Shown piece by piece: positions 39,621-53,395 of a DNA stretch of 64,000 nucleotides. Under the pieces are notes generated by a model. It saw nothing but the letters and a program-made list of their open reading frames with translations, had not been told where the DNA came from and made no database searches. Within the stretch, counting starts at the first letter, position 1. Every line of letters starts with the position of its first letter. The DNA lies in contig NC_042998.1 in assembly GCF_006345805.1 (NCBI RefSeq), forward strand, positions 83,142,001-83,206,000. Direction: 5' to 3'. The stretch comes from Octopus sinensis (Eukaryota). A program made the position numbers and the translations under genes.

Positions 39621-41289
39621 TATATATTTTAATTATACAGATTCCATTAATTCTACCAAGAGTTCAGAATTAATCATGGAAACAATTTCTTTTGGATTTA
39701 TTTCCGGTTGAGTTGATTAGCTAATTTTTGACAGATGTAATTATGGGATAGGCTTGTATTTATGAGAATTTCAGTTACCTTGTCATTAATTTTCTGTATT
39801 ATCATGAGTGTAAGATGCCTTAGAGTAGAATGTACAGTTGCAAGCAAAATAAACCAAGATTGTATAACTGAAGATGATGGTTTAGAGTCTGAGATAGAAG
39901 TGTGTCCAGCAGGATGGCAGACAATAACTCAGTGCCCTGCTCTTTTATACTTTCAACCATTTTGTTTTTTAGCTGGACATGAAACATGAGTGAATCTTCA
40001 AGTTTGTTCCGTAAAAAGCATGTTTTTAAAGTTTTAGGGTTTATTGTGGTAAATTGTTTAAATTTACCACTTAAATTTGCCTTGTTGATATCATAGAGTT
40101 TCACAAATGCAACCGGCATTTAATACACTCCTGCATTAAGTTGAGCTTTTTCCAAAGACCTAACCTGTCGGATGACACTATCCAGTATTAAGGTTTGATT
40201 CTCTTGTAGTCTGGTCCCTTGAATCAATCTTTTATAAATGAGGATTTATTTTCTGCAAGCAGAAGGTTTAAGAGACATAACTGCTTTTATAGATAAATAG
40301 CTCTTACTATCACAATATGCTCATGCATATGTGCTTACATGTGTGAATTGATACTTGTTAAATGTATTTTTACACACATAAACACACACATGCATGCATA
40401 TTCATCAGCATATATACAAACATAAATATGGATATAGAGGTGCATGTGCACACATATACACTCACCAGCATGCATAGATGAGTAAGTAAATGAACTCTGT
40501 TGCTTATATATAATTATAGAAGTGTTTAGACTTCAGGCAGTTATCACTGGAACAAACTACACTGCAGCAATAGAATTTCTATTTACATGTGTAGGTTTAC
40601 AATCTATGATCAGTAAAATATACATTAAATTAGTTTTGTGTTGGAATTTAAACTCTGCTCTGTAATCAAATATAGAAACAAAATGACCAAGTGTGTATTG
40701 TCTAAGATCACCGTCCTGCAGGTTATTTCACCTTGTATTTTAGCTAGACCTTTTTATTTTCCATATCTGTCACCTAGATATTGTAATTAGATAGCAGTGT
40801 TATTTGCGGTAGACTGGTATCTTTGCTGCAGGGAGTATTGTTTCATTTGCTATACTGGAGTTAAGTACTAATTTGTAAGATATAAATGAAGCATCCCGAA
40901 GGCTCTTTATTCAAGTGTTTTAACACAAACTCAATACTTGTCTGTGCTACAACACAGCTATTGTTGTTTGGAACCCAATTTTTAGTAAAGTAGATCTGTA
41001 AATAAATTCAGTTTCCTTGCCTGAGAATTCAGACTGGCAACAAGATCAGAAACTAACAGGAATGAGAGATTAATAGTGCATTTAACTTGACCACTAGAAT
41101 ATCAAATATATTATGTCTCTTAGGGAGGATTTAGCTTTCAGTACCTCAAACTACTTTGGTGCAAGTAAGTACCACATAATGGTATAATTCTCAATAGAAA
41201 CACTTCAAAGGGTTTCTTGGCTTCTTCTCACTTTATCTTATTACTTAGGTAACATGTTGAATAGATAAAATGGAACTGACTCATGAAAA

Positions 41290-41745
41290 ATGGCTTGAAT
41301 GAGATGCATATGGAAGAAGCTGTGGGAATTGAGCAGTGTGCTTATGAGTAGGGAAATGAAGGTGAAACTAAAGGGAAAGATGTGTACTGCATGTGTGAGA
41401 AGTGCTACAATTTAAGGGAAGGCAACATGAATAATGGACATCGGCAGTAGAAAAGGTTGGAAAGAAGGGAAACAAATGGTTCAGCCAATGAGCAGAGAAT
41501 TGGTGGAGGGTAGAGAGAGACAATGAGAGAAAGAAGGGGCAAACTGAATGTCAACAATAGAGTTGGTGATAGATGGTGTGAAAAGAAATGGAATGAAATG
41601 GCTGAGTCATGTGCAGAGGAAGGGTGATAGTGACCAGGTAAGTGGAGTGTGAAATGGAAAATAGAATGGGAAGACTGAGATAGATGTGGTTGAAGATGAT
41701 AGAGGAGGAAATGAGAACAAGTGGGTTGGTGAGGATAGGGCAAAT
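41290..41745. repeat. Purine-rich (GA) interspersed repeat; similar GA-rich tracts at 62190-62450 (+), 23040-23280 (-) and 50000-50110 (-)
   Basis: Strong strand purine bias. 23040-23280 is a recognisable reverse-complement homologue of 62190-62450; the link to 41290-41745 is compositional only. Confidence 0.45.
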
Positions 41746-42244
41746 GAAGTAGATTTTAATAGGGTCTGTGAGGCCTTTTACTCTGTTCTTGCAGAGTAGT
41801 ATGCTTTAAGATATTTTTTGTGTGTTGCCTGGTTTTGCTTGCAGAAAAGTTATCGGCAGTATACTAGCATCCTATTCAGGAAGAAATTTCAAATTAACAC
41901 CACACAAATCAAATATTTTGATCTGGAAGACCATGAAGTTTCTCAGGTCATTTGAAATATCATGAACTTTAGGCATAGAATAATATATTTTAATATTCAA
42001 TATTCATCTAAAGTGAATTTTGTGTCTTAAGAAAAGACAAATCAGAAATGCAGAAGTATTGAAACAAAATACTAGATTTTTTCCTGATACAGTACAAGGC
42101 CAATATTCAAGGAGGATTATGGTTCTAACAGTTTCTTTCCCAGAGCAATTTGGCTCATAGCAGGATTTGAATGTCGAACAAACTTGATGCTGCCATCAAA
42201 ACCACATTTTGAAGTGTATGTATGTGTGTGTGTGAAAATGCAAC

Positions 42245-44311
42245 CTCTTTACTCTTTTACTTGTTTCAGTCATTTGACTGCGGCCATGCTGGAGCACCAC
42301 CTTTAATCGAGCAACTCGACCCGGGACTTATTCTTTGTAAGCCCAGTACTTATTCTATCGGTCTCTTTTGCCGAACTGCTAAGTGATGGGGACATAAACA
42401 CACCAGCATCGGTTGTCAAGCAATACTAGGAGGACAAACACACACACACACACACACACATATATATCATCATCATTTAACGTCCGCTTTCCATGCTAGC
42501 ATGGGTTGGACGGTTCAACTGGGGTCTGGGGAGCCCGAAAGCTGCACCAGTCCAGTCAGATCTGGCAGTGTTTCTACAGCTGGATGCCCTTCCTAACGCC
42601 AACCACTCCGAGAGTGTAGTGGGTGATTTTATGTGCCACAGACACAGGTGCCAGACGAAGCTGGCAAACGGCCACGCTCGGATGGTGTTTTTTATGTGCC
42701 ACCGACACAGGTGCCAGACGAGGCTGGCAGACGGCCACGCTCGGATGGTGTTTTTATGTGCCACCGACACAGGTGCCAGATGAGGCTGGCAAAATGGCCA
42801 CGATCGGATGGTGCTTGTTACGTGCCCACAGCACGGAGGCCAGTCGATGCGGTACTGGCTACGGCCACGTTCGGATGGTTTTCTTGTGTGCCACGTGCCA
42901 CCGGCACTGGTACCACAAGGATACAAATTCCATTGATGTTCATCTATTTTGATTTGTTTTGATTTGATTTTCACTTGCCTCAACAGGTCTTCACAAGTGT
43001 CACAAGAAGGAAGGTATGCACAGGTGGACTGACTACGTCCCAGGTAGGGGCCATGGGTTATGGCCTGACTAGTCTTGCTGGGTCTTCGGATGGTGTTTTT
43101 ATGTGCCACCGACACAGGTGCTAGATGAGGCTGGCGAACGGCCACGATCGGATGGTGTTTGTCATGTGCCCACCGCACTGACTACAGCACTGATGGATTT
43201 CTTGTGTGCCACAGGCACTGGTACCACAAGATACAAATTCCATTGATGTTCATCTATTTTGTCTATTTTGATTTGATTTGATTTGATTTGATTTTCACTT
43301 GCCTCAACCGGTCTTCACAAGTGTCACAAGAGGAAGGTATGCACAGGTGGACTGACTAGTCTTGCCGGGTCTTCGGAAGGTGTTTTTATGTGCCACCGAC
43401 ACAGGTGCCAGATGAGGCTGGCGAACGGCCATGATCGGATGGTGTTTGTTACGTGCCCACAGCACGGAGGCCGGTCGATGCGGAACTGGCTACGGCCACG
43501 TTCGGATGGTTCTCCTGTGTGCCACCGGCACTGGTACCACAAAGTGTGTGCCACTGGCACTGGTACCACAAAGATACAGATTCCATTGATGTTCATCTAT
43601 TTTGATTTGTTTTGATTTTGATTTTGATTTTCACTTGCCTCAACAGGTCTTCACAAGTGTCACAAGAAGGAAGGTATGCACAGGTGGACTGACTACGTCC
43701 CAGGTAGGGGCCATGGGTTATGGCCTGACTAGTCTTGCCGGGTCTTCGGATGGTGTTTTTATGTGCCACCGACACAGGTGCTAGATGAGGCTGGCGAACG
43801 GCCACGATCGGATGGTGTTTGTCATGTGCCCACAGCACGGAGGCCAGTCGATGCGGTACTGGCTACGGCCACTTTCGGATGGTTTTCTCTTGTGTGCCAC
43901 CGGCACTGGTACCACAAAGATACAAATTCCATTGATGTTCATCTATTTTGATTTGTTTTGATTTGATTTTGATTTTGATTTTCACTTGCCTCAACAGGCC
44001 TTCACAAAGTATCACAAGGAGGAAGGTATGCACAGGTGGACTGACTACGTCCCAGGTAGGGGCCATGGTTTATGGCCTGACTAGTCTTGCCGGTCTTCGG
44101 ATGGTGTTTTTATGTGCCACCGACACAGGTGCTAGATGAGGCTGGCGAACGGCCACGACCGGATGGTGTTTGTTATGTGCCCACAGCACGATGGCCAGTG
44201 ATGCGGTACTGACTACGGCCATGTTCGGATGGATTCTTGTGTGCCACCGGCACTGGTACCACAAGCGGTACTGACTACTTTTTATGTGCCACCGACACAG
44301 GTGCTAGATGA

Positions 44312-44355
<44 letters not shown>

Positions 44356-44528
44356 TACATATATACGACGGGCTTCTTTCAGTTTCCGTCTACCAAATCC
44401 ACTCACAAGGCTTTGGTCGGCCCGAGGCTATAGTAGAAGACACTTGCCCAAGGTGCCACGCAGTGGGACTGAACCCGGAACCATGTGGTTGGTAATCAAG
44501 CTACTTACCACACAGCCACTCCTGCGCC
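42245..44528 (-). mobile_element. Family A SINE hosting a tandemly amplified RTE 3' UTR
   Basis: Tail A 42245-42438, (CA)n, RTE array 42467-44314, (TA)n, head 44366-44528. Confidence 0.85.
42631..44314 (-). repeat. Tandem array: 3 units of about 62 bp, then about 4.5 units of 290-370 bp derived from the RTE 3' UTR
   Basis: The anchor cgga(t/a)ggtgtttttatgtgccaccgacacagg recurs near 42740, 43087, 43375, 43747 and 44098; the unit is homologous to 45930-46190. Confidence 0.9.
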
Positions 44529-45452
44529 TCTAGTAATATTTTACTTTAAATCATTAAAGTTCTCTTCTTTTCTGTAATGTAAGAGACTGGTTACATTTGG
44601 TTACATTTTCTTCTATGTAGTCTAGAGTGATTGTACTTACATAAAAATCTAAATAGAAATTTAACATATTCTGGCAATATTAACATGATATTACATTATA
44701 CTCTCAATGATTTTAAAGTGATTGTTTTTTCTCCTATCCACATTATTTCTGTATATGTTAAAATTTCTTCATTTCACTGTTATGGAAAACTTAAAACTAA
44801 TGTTAATGATAAAATGCTTTCACTGACAATAATCTTTTATATTTTTGTACATAGTGTTATATCTCTAACTTTCATCTGTAAAGTACTGTTGCATTATCTT
44901 TCCCTCTCTATCTTTGTCTGTTACCTGTAGTTGGCATAGAAACATTATTATATTCTAATATTAATGGCTGCATATCACCATAGCATAATTGAACATTTAG
45001 TATTTTATGAATTCTTGAAATCAATTATTTATTTTCTATATTCATTAAACAAAAAAAACTAATCTTAGCATGTTAGTGAAACACTGAAATGGCTCCTGGA
45101 AATTTTGTTGCTTCAATATATTTTTCATGTTCTTTTAAGAGCTGATATTAATAATGAATCCATATAAAGTGCTGTTTGCAGCAGGGAATCATTATCAGTT
45201 TTATTCTTTCAAATGAAGTTCTGAAAACTTTCTGGCAAGAGGGAATACTTATTTAGCTTTCATTTGATATCCAGCATTGTGAACAATGTCATGGTTAGTT
45301 GCAGATTTCCTACAGGCTAATTAATCACTGGTTGGCTAAATTTTTGAGAGTGGGGGTGACAAGCAAGTTTGTGAAACTCAATACGGACATAAGTACCTCA
45401 AAACACTTAATTCATAAAACACTGTTTTCTTTTGTTTTTCAATTTCCTACCC

Positions 45453-45487
<35 letters not shown>

Positions 45488-45489
45488 TA

Positions 45490-46465
45490 TCATCAGCATC
45501 ATCATCATCATCGTTTAATGTCCGCTTTCCATGCTAGCATGTGTTGGACGATTTCACTGAGGACTGGCGAACCAGATGGCTGCGCCAGGCTCCAATCTGA
45601 TCTGGCAGAGTTTCTACAGCTGCATGCCCTTCCTAACGCCAACCACTCCAAGAGTGTAGTGGGTGCTTTTACATGCCACCGGCACGAGGGCCAGTCTGGT
45701 GGTACTGGCAACGGCCATGCTCGAAAATGGCGTTTCTTATGTACCACCTGAACAGGAGTCAGTCCAGCAGCACTGGCAACGACCTCGCTCAAGTGTTTTG
45801 TTCATGTGCCAGTCAGGCGACGCTGACAACGATCACACTCAAATGGTGCACTTTATGTGCCAGACAGCTGCTCTGGCAGTGATCCCGCTTGGATGAAGCT
45901 GTTAGCACTCCACTGGCATGGGTGCCAGTCATCGAATTTGGTTCAATTTCGATTTCACTTGCTCCAACAGGTCTTTGCAGGTAGAATTTAGTGTCCAGTG
46001 AAGGGAGGTTGGCATGGGTGCCAGTCGACGAATTTGGTTCGATTTCGAATTCAATTTCGATTTTGCTTGCCTCAACAGGCCTTCACAAGCAGAGTTTTGT
46101 GTCCAAAGAAGGAAAGGTATGCATAAATGGGCTAGCTACATCCTGGTAAAGGCCATGGGTTATGGTTTCACTTGTCCTGCCGGGTCTTCTCATGCACAGC
46201 ATATTTCCAAAGGTCTCGGTCGCTAGTCATTGCCTCGGTGAGGCCTAATGTTCGAAGATCATGCTTCACCACCTCGTCCCAGGTTTTCCTAGGTCTACCC
46301 CTTCCACAGGTTCGCTCAACTGCTAGGGTGTGGCACTCTTTCACACAGCTATCTTCATCCATTCTTGCCACATGACCATACCAGCACAATCATCTCTCTT
46401 GCACACCACAACTGATGCTTCTTAGGTCCAACTTTTCTCTCAAGGTACTTACACTCTGTCAAGTA
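45490..46465 (-). mobile_element. 5'-truncated RTE LINE (ORF C-terminus, 3' UTR, (atg)n tail)
   Basis: ORF 46168-46389: WYGHVARMDEDSCVKECHTLAVERTCGRGRPRKTWDEVVKHDLRTLGLTEAMTSDRDLW, a typical RTE C-terminus. Confidence 0.9.
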
Positions 46466-46539
46466 TGTACTATATATATATATATATATATAGGCAAGTA
46501 AAGTTAGCGGTTGTAGTAACTGACTAAAGGATAAAAGTA

Positions 46540-46930
46540 TCTGTGGCTCCTGTGCCAGTGACATGTGAAAAGCAACATTTGAGCGTGATTGTTGCCAGCA
46601 TTGCTTTACCAGCACGTGCTGGTGGTACATGAAAAGCAACATTCGAGCGTGGTCGTTGCCAGTGCCACCGGATTGGCTCCTGTGCAGGTAGCATGTAAAA
46701 CACCTTTTGAGCGTGGTTGTTGCCAGAACTGCCTTACTGGCCCTTGTGCCAGTGGCACATAAAATAATCCACTACAGTCTTGAAGTGGTTGGCGTTAGGA
46801 AGGGCATCCATTTGTAGAAACTTTGCCAGATCAGATTGAGCCTGGTGCAGCCTCTGGCTCACCAGTCCTCAGTCAAACCATCCAACCCATGCCAGTATGG
46901 AAAGCGGACGTAAAACAATGATGATGATGA
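46540..46930 (+). mobile_element. RTE-type 3' tail with about 4 internal repeats of roughly 55-70 bp
   Basis: Repeated ...aaaagcaacatt(t/c)gagcgtg..ttgccag; canonical tail ending (atg)n. Confidence 0.85.
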
Positions 46931-47110
46931 CTATTGGTATCAGTTACCTGTGCTATCCCTGGGCGTGGGTATGCAGGCACACTATACTCTTAGGGTACAA
47001 GTAACAACAGAATAGAAATGTTATGTCATGATTTGTATTAAAAAATAATCTACCGATGTAGATATATATCCTTCAGTTATTTACATTGGTAAAAAATGTA
47101 TATATATATA

Positions 47111-47150
<40 letters not shown>

Positions 47151-47504
47151 CATCATACCATTATTGTTGTTTTGACATCCTCTTTTCCATGCCCTCCATA
47201 TTTCCAATTTTCTGTGAGAATATGTTTGGCCATGGGGAAATATTACCTTGCTTGAAAATGGGTGAGAGTTGGCAATATGGAGGGCAAGTTATATGATGTC
47301 AAGACAAGGCAGTGCAAACATACACACATATATATACGATGGACTTTTTCCAATTTCTGTCTACCAAATCCACTCACATGGCTTTGGTCAGTCCAGAGCT
47401 GTAGTAGAAGACACTTGCCCAAGGTACCACCTTCAGTAGGATTGAACTCAACACTATATGGTGGTTGAGAAGCAAATTTCTTAACAACACAGCCACACCT
47501 GCCC
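47151..47504 (-). mobile_element. Family B SINE (head, microsatellite, RTE-like tail)
   Basis: Tail 47151-47315 and family A-type head 47335-47504. Confidence 0.7.
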
Positions 47505-48343
47505 CTGTGTGTGTGTGTGTGTGTGTGTGCGTGACCAATGTATAAACAGTTTCCATCTTCCAAATTCTACTCTCAAGGTGTAGGTCAGTTTAAATTTGTT
47601 GTAGAAGACACCCAAGGTGCTGTGGAATCACACCTGGAACCACAGTTGTCACAAAGCAATTTTCTTAATATTATTCCCATATCAGTGCTGAAACTTATAG
47701 AAAGGCAGTTATTTTGTCATCTAAATTACAAAATTATAGTTTAGATTAATGCAGTTTCAAATAAAAGATATATATTTTGGTATTTTTTTTTTACAACTAA
47801 TTAAGAAAAGAGACAGAAATCTAAAAGGTTAGCAGTCATACATACAGAAATATTGAAATCAGGTAATCAAAAAGATAATGATCCTAGAATTAACCATTTT
47901 TGAAAACAGTTGAATTGCAATTAAAAGTTTAAAAAAAGAAAAATATATATTGATCTAGCATGTGAAAGCAGTTGGATATAAAAAGTGCATTTTTTTTTTT
48001 TTAATTTTTACTAATCATCCATGATTTGATCTCCACTGCTCTGTTACTTTAGTTTTATGACTATAGTTCAGTTATGAATATGTTATGGAAATTGTGACTA
48101 ATAAAGCAATTTATCAGCAATTCATTAATCATTGATCCAGATAACATGGTACATTAAATGCAAGTCAAGTTGTACTTTTCACAAATTGGTCAACATGGTG
48201 TGGCAATCAGTTAAAGATTCTGCTTTGCCTGCAAAAGCCCACCCCAACAACCATCCACGATTCTCAGAACTTAGGGACCTCAGAACATTGCCTATTTTTA
48301 CTATATGCTCTGTTATTCATTTATCACTGATTCATTTAACATA

Positions 48344-48722
48344 GTCATCATCATCATCATCGTTTAACGTCCGTTTTTCATGTTGGCATGGGTTGGATGG
48401 TTTGACTGAGGATTGGCAAGCTTGAAGGCCACACCAGGCTCCAATCTGATCTGGCAATGTTTCTACAGCTGGATACCTTTCCCTAACGTCAACCACTTTG
48501 AGAGTGTAGTGGGTGCTTTTTATGTGCTACTGGCACAGGAGCCAGTTGGGGCAGCGGGGCTGGCATCAACCATGTTTGGATGGTGCTTTTTACGTTCCAC
48601 AGGCATGGGGAGCCATTCAGGTGGCACTGGCAGCAGGACATGCATGAATGGTGCTTATTGCATGCCACTAGCATGGGAGTCAGTCAGGTGGTACTGACAT
48701 CGGTCACAACTACAATTTCCAT
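48344..48722 (-). mobile_element. RTE-type 3' tail fragment
   Basis: (cat)n cgtttaacgtccg...ccaatctgatctggca... Confidence 0.85.
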
Positions 48723-50647
48723 GGTGTTTTCCATTCTTTTTTTTAACCAAATACATGTGATAAAAGAGAATAGCTGTACTATGCATTTGCTTAGGTTGAT
48801 GTGGAGCTAGTTTAAATAGGGTGGAGTTTTCATCGGTAGATAGCAACACTATATTGTATAGTATTATTAACATTTTTATATAATTTGATTTAATGTTTTA
48901 TTAATTTACTTTTGGAATCCTGCATTGAAGATTTGTTAATTCTAAAGACTTGATGGTTTTTGAATATCAAAAATTATCTCAGTCAACAGTTAAATTATAA
49001 ATGGAGATATAATTTACGTCACTCATTTTTATTTACTGATTTCTCACATATGTATTTTTATAATAAAATTAAAGATTTTAGACATGCCATTTATCTATCT
49101 CTAAGACATTAACCAAAGTGGAAAAGAATTAATTTTATGAACTGAGAATTAGAAAACATGCTAGCAAAATTTAAACCAGCAAGAATTCAACACTATTCCA
49201 CATTACTGAAACTTATGGCAGTTATACAATTTAGTTATTTCTTAAATATCTTATATTAAACACTTAAAACAGATGTGTGTGTGTGTGTGTGGTAACGCTT
49301 AAAACCTTTGTCACTACTCTGATTTTATGCTCTTATTTAAATCATGAAAGCAAAGTGGTTATATGTGTATATCAATGTTTTATATATCAGAGGATAGAAA
49401 AATGCATTTTCTTTTTGGTATGAACAAAATAAAATTACATTTACATTCATGATGTAAGAAAGCTTTTTACATTACAAAATTTGCTTTAAATTAATATACG
49501 AGTTTTGGGTGTTTTTTTGTTTTTTTTTAAGGTTGATTTTGCTTTATATTTGTATGTTCTCTAATTTTTTTTCAATTAATTTTCTTTCTATCATGGCTGA
49601 TACAAACTGATATGTATATATTTATCTTGAGTATGGTTTTCATGAAACATAGAAAAAATGTAACTGTAAAAACATTGTTATTGTACACATTAGTGGCTTC
49701 CTATTATAAGAGCCTCACTTGGATACAGATTTCAAATCATTTCAATTACTTTTTTCTTGAAACCTTACATTCATAATATAACAAAAATAGTGCCAAGAAA
49801 GATTGTTCTTTCCATCTTCGCTTCTTCAAAACAAAACTACATCTCTGAATTAAGATGTTAACAATTTCATGAGCATATTTCTAACAAAATACACTGCCCT
49901 TTTCTTTTTTTTTTTTTCATTTACTTTCCTTTGGAACTAATTAATAATTTGGGGGTAATTTAATAAAATTCCAACCTCTTCTTATCCACACACCCAGTTC
50001 TTTTGTCCCCATTCACTTCTACTCACCTCATACTCTGAGAAGCCACACAGACACCTTATTACCTCTGTTTATATTTTTTCTCTGCTCCATCCCAATCACC
50101 CCCACCTCTTCAGAAATGTGAGCTGCTATGTAGCCATTTGACAATCAATTAGAAGGGCACCCGACCATAGAAACCAAATCAAATGACACTGGTCTATGAG
50201 AACAGTAGCTCCCTGTAAGAAATGACTTGGGATTGTGATGACCTGTTCAAACCATGCCAGCTTTGAAAAGAGGGCATAAAATGATGATCCAAAAATAAAT
50301 TGATCTTAGCACTGTAAGCTAACAAAGCACACTAGTCACTTAATAACAATGCTGTGGGTGTTGCCATCATTGAGATATAATCAGTGCGTTATTGTTCTAT
50401 TCAGTTAGACAAAAGCAATTGAGACATAAGTTTCTGATAATGTTTCAATACAGTGTCAATGGCAGGGTTCACTTTTCCAGGATCCCTGCTTATGTCCATA
50501 AATTTAAAAGTATATTTCAATTTAATACTTTAAAGAAAAACTTTAGTTCTAGCTGGAATTTAACAACTTTATTTATCAAAAAAAATTTTTTTCTGTAATA
50601 TACAAGAAATATTTTTAGAAATATTTCTATTAGAACCAATTGTGAAA

Positions 50648-50832
50648 GCAGCAAGCTGGCAGAATCATTAGCATGCCAGACAAAATCCTGAGCAGCATTT
50701 CTTACATCTTTACGTTCTGAGTTCAAATTCCACCAGGGTCAATAAAATGAGTACCAGTTAAGCACTGAGGTTGATGTAATTGACTTACTCTTCCCCCAAA
50801 ATTTCAGGCCTTGTGCCTATGTAGAGAGGATT
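50648..50832 (+). mobile_element. Meta-domain-like SINE
   Basis: gcaagctggcagaatcattagc...gttctgagttcaaattccacc...aaatttcaggccttgtgcctat. Confidence 0.8.
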
Positions 50833-50864
50833 GTTGGAAACAGTTTTTATTTAAGAAGCAGGAA

Positions 50865-51310
50865 CATCATCATTTAATGTCTGTTGTCCATACTGGCATG
50901 AGTTGGACAGTTTGACCAGGGCTGGCAAGTTGGAAGGCTGCACCAGACTCCAGTCTGATTTGGCATTTTTTTCTATTGCTGGATGCCCTTCCTAATGCCA
51001 ACCACTCCAAAAGTGTAATGGGTGATTTTACGTGACACCAGTATTAGCCATGACTGCGATTTTGCTCGGCTTGATGGGTCTTCTTCTCAAGCATGACATA
51101 ATGTCAAAGGTCTCAGTCATTGCCTCCATGAGGCCCAATGCTTTAAAGGAACTCAGCCGCTATGCATCCGTGAGGCCCAATGCTTGAAAGAAAATCAGCC
51201 ACTTTGCCTCCATGAGGCTCAATGCTCAAAAGGAACTCAGCCACTTTGCCTCTGTGAGGACCAGCGCTTGAAAGGAACTCAGCCACTTTGCCTCCAAAAG
51301 GCCCAGCACT
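50865..51310 (-). mobile_element. RTE 3' fragment with 4 copies of a 42-bp repeat (51130-51297)
   Basis: Unit gaggcccaatgcttgaaaggaactcagccactttgcctc(c/t)(g/a)t. Confidence 0.8.
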
Positions 51311-51334
51311 CGAATTATTATTATTGTTGTTGGG

Positions 51335-51570
51335 TGGTAGGTTGGCAGAATTTGTAGAGAATCAGACAAGCTATTTTGTTATATATCTGCTGACTCTTTA
51401 CATAATGAGTTCAAATCCTGCTAAAGTCAACTTTGCCTTTCATACATTTGGGGTCAATAAAATAAAATGACAGTCAAGTATTCAGGTTTGTTAATGTAAT
51501 TGACTAACCCACTTCTTTCAAAATTGCTGACTATTCCTTTCCCCAAATTTCTAGCCTTGTGCTTGTTTGA
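51335..51570 (+). mobile_element. Meta-domain-like SINE
   Basis: gagttcaaatcctgctaaagtcaactttgcctttcatacatttggggtcaataaaataa. Confidence 0.7.
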
Positions 51571-51752
51571 GAGTTTGCTGTTATTATTTATTATTATTAA
51601 TCATTATTCATCATCATCATCTAAAATTCAAAGAAAAGATCACCTATGAGTAAATACATACTCATCCCATATTTTCTGTAACTGAAATGGTTATAAAATA
51701 AGTCTTCACATAGAATATATTACACACCATTTAAGGCCTTCTGATCTTCTGT

Positions 51753-52035
51753 TCATCATCATCATCATCATCGTTTAACGTCCATTTTCCATGCTGGCAT
51801 GGATTGGACGGTTTGACTGAGGTCTGGAGAGCCAGTGGCTGTACCTGGCTCCAATCTGATCTGGCAGTGTTTCTACAGCTGAATGCCCCCTCCTAACACC
51901 AACCACTCAAAGAATACAATGAGTGTCCTTTTTACGTGACACCAGCGTAGGAGCCAGCCAGTCAGGCAGGCCTGGCATTGACCATGTTCAGGTAGTACCT
52001 TTTATGTGCCATTGGCATGGGGGCCAGTCAAGGGG
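51753..52035 (-). mobile_element. RTE-type 3' tail fragment
   Basis: (cat)n cgtttaacgtccattttccatgctggc... Confidence 0.8.
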
Positions 52036-53395
52036 TACTGTTATGTTGATGTTTCTTTTAATGTCAGAAACTGTCAAAGCAACACTTTGACTTGTGCATT
52101 CCTTATCCCATGTTTGGTGCTCTACTCTGAGTTAAAAATCTCAAGAAGGCCTTTTAAATATCCTTGTGACAAAAATGAGGGATGGAAGTTAATGTAAGAG
52201 GAAAACAAAATGTTGCTTGGAGCAAAACATAATGATCTTGATTGCGTGTTGACTGTAGTGGATTCATCAGCATCAGAGTGAACATCTGATGCCTTAATAA
52301 GCTGATAATTATATAATGAGCAGCAATTTATCATAAGACTGGATTATTTTTACATTAAATATGAATTCCACTTCCACAGAAATCCATTGCTTATAATCGC
52401 TTGTTTATGGATGTATATAAAAATTTTTGGATATTTTCCAAGTATTCATGACATATTTGTTAAACTGTATTCATTCAGTCAGCTACTGTACATCTTTCTA
52501 TACTAGCATTTGTTGAACAGGGTGCTATTTCAGGCAGGATTTGTTGTCAACCTTCACCTGTTTGGAGGTCCTCATGTAATAGACCTCCAGGGACCTTTGA
52601 AAGTACAGAGCAACTGGTCATTACGTCAACTAGAATTGACTACATTTGCAGTCATTCATATGCATGTCATGCTCACACATACTTGCACATATTCAACCAG
52701 CTTCATACAGCTTCTAAATTTACTTTCAAGGCATTGGTTGACACAAAACTAGTGTAGAAGACACTTTACTCCTGTGGTTGTGAAGTGAACTTCTTAACAA
52801 CCCAGCCATGCCAGTCCCTATTATGATATTTAAAAGGATACATCTCATCTCATCTCAAAGTTGTTCCACTTTGTAGTCGCAAATATACAACCATTCCAAA
52901 ATCTGAAACACTTCAGCTTCCAGTCATTTCAAATAAAATGTCATCGACCTCTGTTAAGATATCAAAGATTAGTTTTATTTTCATGGGAGTATGAATGCTG
53001 CCTATTTCAAAAGACCATTCTTGATTGGAGAATTAGTTTGATTAATGAGTTTAACAATGCGTGGTGCCAAACAGAGGATTAAGATTCTAGTTGCTGTAAA
53101 TTAGCATGTTGTATCTTGTCTTTTCTCTCCATCTCTACTGCTTTTCTACCAAGATAAATGCCAAAATTCCTTCTGAACACTTTCTCTCCAGAACTGTGAC
53201 CATCTAGAACTTTATCCCAGTCCAACCTGCTAATTGTTATCTGTCTTGGAGGGTTTGGAAGATCTGTGGACTCAACCTCCCATATCAGACAATGAGTCGA
53301 TCCCATTGAAATTTCAAGAATTCTTAAAACAGTTAGGAATATTGTGCAAGACTTTTGTCATGCAAAAATCAGCTTTGCTAGGTACTGCATGCATT

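Noticed and set aside
42477-44264. ORFs of 60-233 aa and a possible repeat-spacer array
   Set aside because: The intervening sequences are homologous copies of RTE 3' UTR, not unique spacers; the ORFs come from GC-rich repeated non-coding sequence.
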